NCBI GenBank assembly: GCA_943353835.1
Contig: CALRBA010000002.1
Location: 1 to 62,529 of the forward strand
Origin: Candidatus Nomurabacteria bacterium
GTDB lineage: Bacteria; Patescibacteriota; Minisyncoccia; Phycocordibacterales; Phycocordibacteraceae
DNA: 62,529 bases
Direction: 5' to 3'
Part shown: positions 62,524 to 62,529 of the stretch, piece by piece
Layout: each line of letters begins with the position of its first letter
Numbering within the stretch: the first letter of the stretch is position 1
The notes under the pieces: generated by a model
What the model was told of the DNA's origin: nothing
What the model saw: the letters and a program-made list of their open reading frames with translations, nothing else
The model's database searches: none
Made by a program: the position numbers and the translations under genes

Positions 62524-62529
62524 TATCCA

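Noticed and set aside
1-62529. CRISPR arrays, rRNA genes, transposase/IS elements, and recoded stop codons (UGA as sense)
   Set aside because: No regularly spaced direct repeats were seen and no rRNA-like sequence was seen. No DDE or IS-type transposase was seen; the only recombinases are the XerC/D-like tyrosine recombinase and the island's large serine recombinase. All housekeeping ORFs are intact under the standard code.

Overview
This is a compact 62.5-kb chromosomal segment that reads in the standard genetic code, is roughly 90% coding and contains no rRNA genes or CRISPR arrays. Most of it is housekeeping.

- **Translation:** six aminoacyl-tRNA synthetases (trpS, archaeal-type aspS, gltX, cysS, lysS and an editing-domain-less proS), ribosomal proteins L27, L9 and L21, frr, an hpf-like gene, greA, a truB-like gene and a fused def-fmt gene.
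- **Cell envelope and division:** two separated halves of the dcw cluster (dac-mraY-ftsW-murG on +, mraZ-rsmH-ftsL-ftsI-murF on -), mreB-mreC-mreD-mrdA, a second mreB paralogue and murA.
- **DNA maintenance:** dnaB, recR, rmuC, a xerC/D-like gene, scpA, scpB and a holB-like gene.
- **tRNAs:** tRNA-Glu(CUC) and tRNA-Asn(GUU).

The gene content suggests a small-genome Patescibacteria/CPR-like bacterium. The pointers are the archaeal-type AspRS, the INS-less ProRS, the PaaX-like, sunset-domain and 3D-domain proteins, a Cys-rich Ig-repeat surface protein and the absence of biosynthetic operons. This placement is inference only.

The one clear accessory region is a ~6.5-kb integrated element (about 47102-53665) at the 3' end of tRNA-Asn. 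It carries a large serine recombinase whose stop codon lies inside the tRNA, a small ORF, a P-loop replication-like ATPase and a 95-aa basic protein. It also carries a densely structured ~175-nt non-coding domain with GNRA-capped hairpins, a secreted lectin-like protein and a 384-aa helical protein with an Abi-like signature.

Other non-coding signals:
- A ~360-nt promoter-to-terminator unit with no ORF upstream of tRNA-Glu, which is a candidate structured ncRNA with an anti-SD-like CCUCCUUU loop.
- A four-copy family of 34-bp dyad-symmetric elements with core CCTATAGG, two of which bracket a PaaX-like regulator gene.
- MraZ-type GTGGG direct repeats over the mraZ promoter.
- Several head-to-head or leaderless-looking promoters with a -10 box 6-7 nt from the ATG.

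All functional calls come from motif recognition in the supplied translations. No database search was run.
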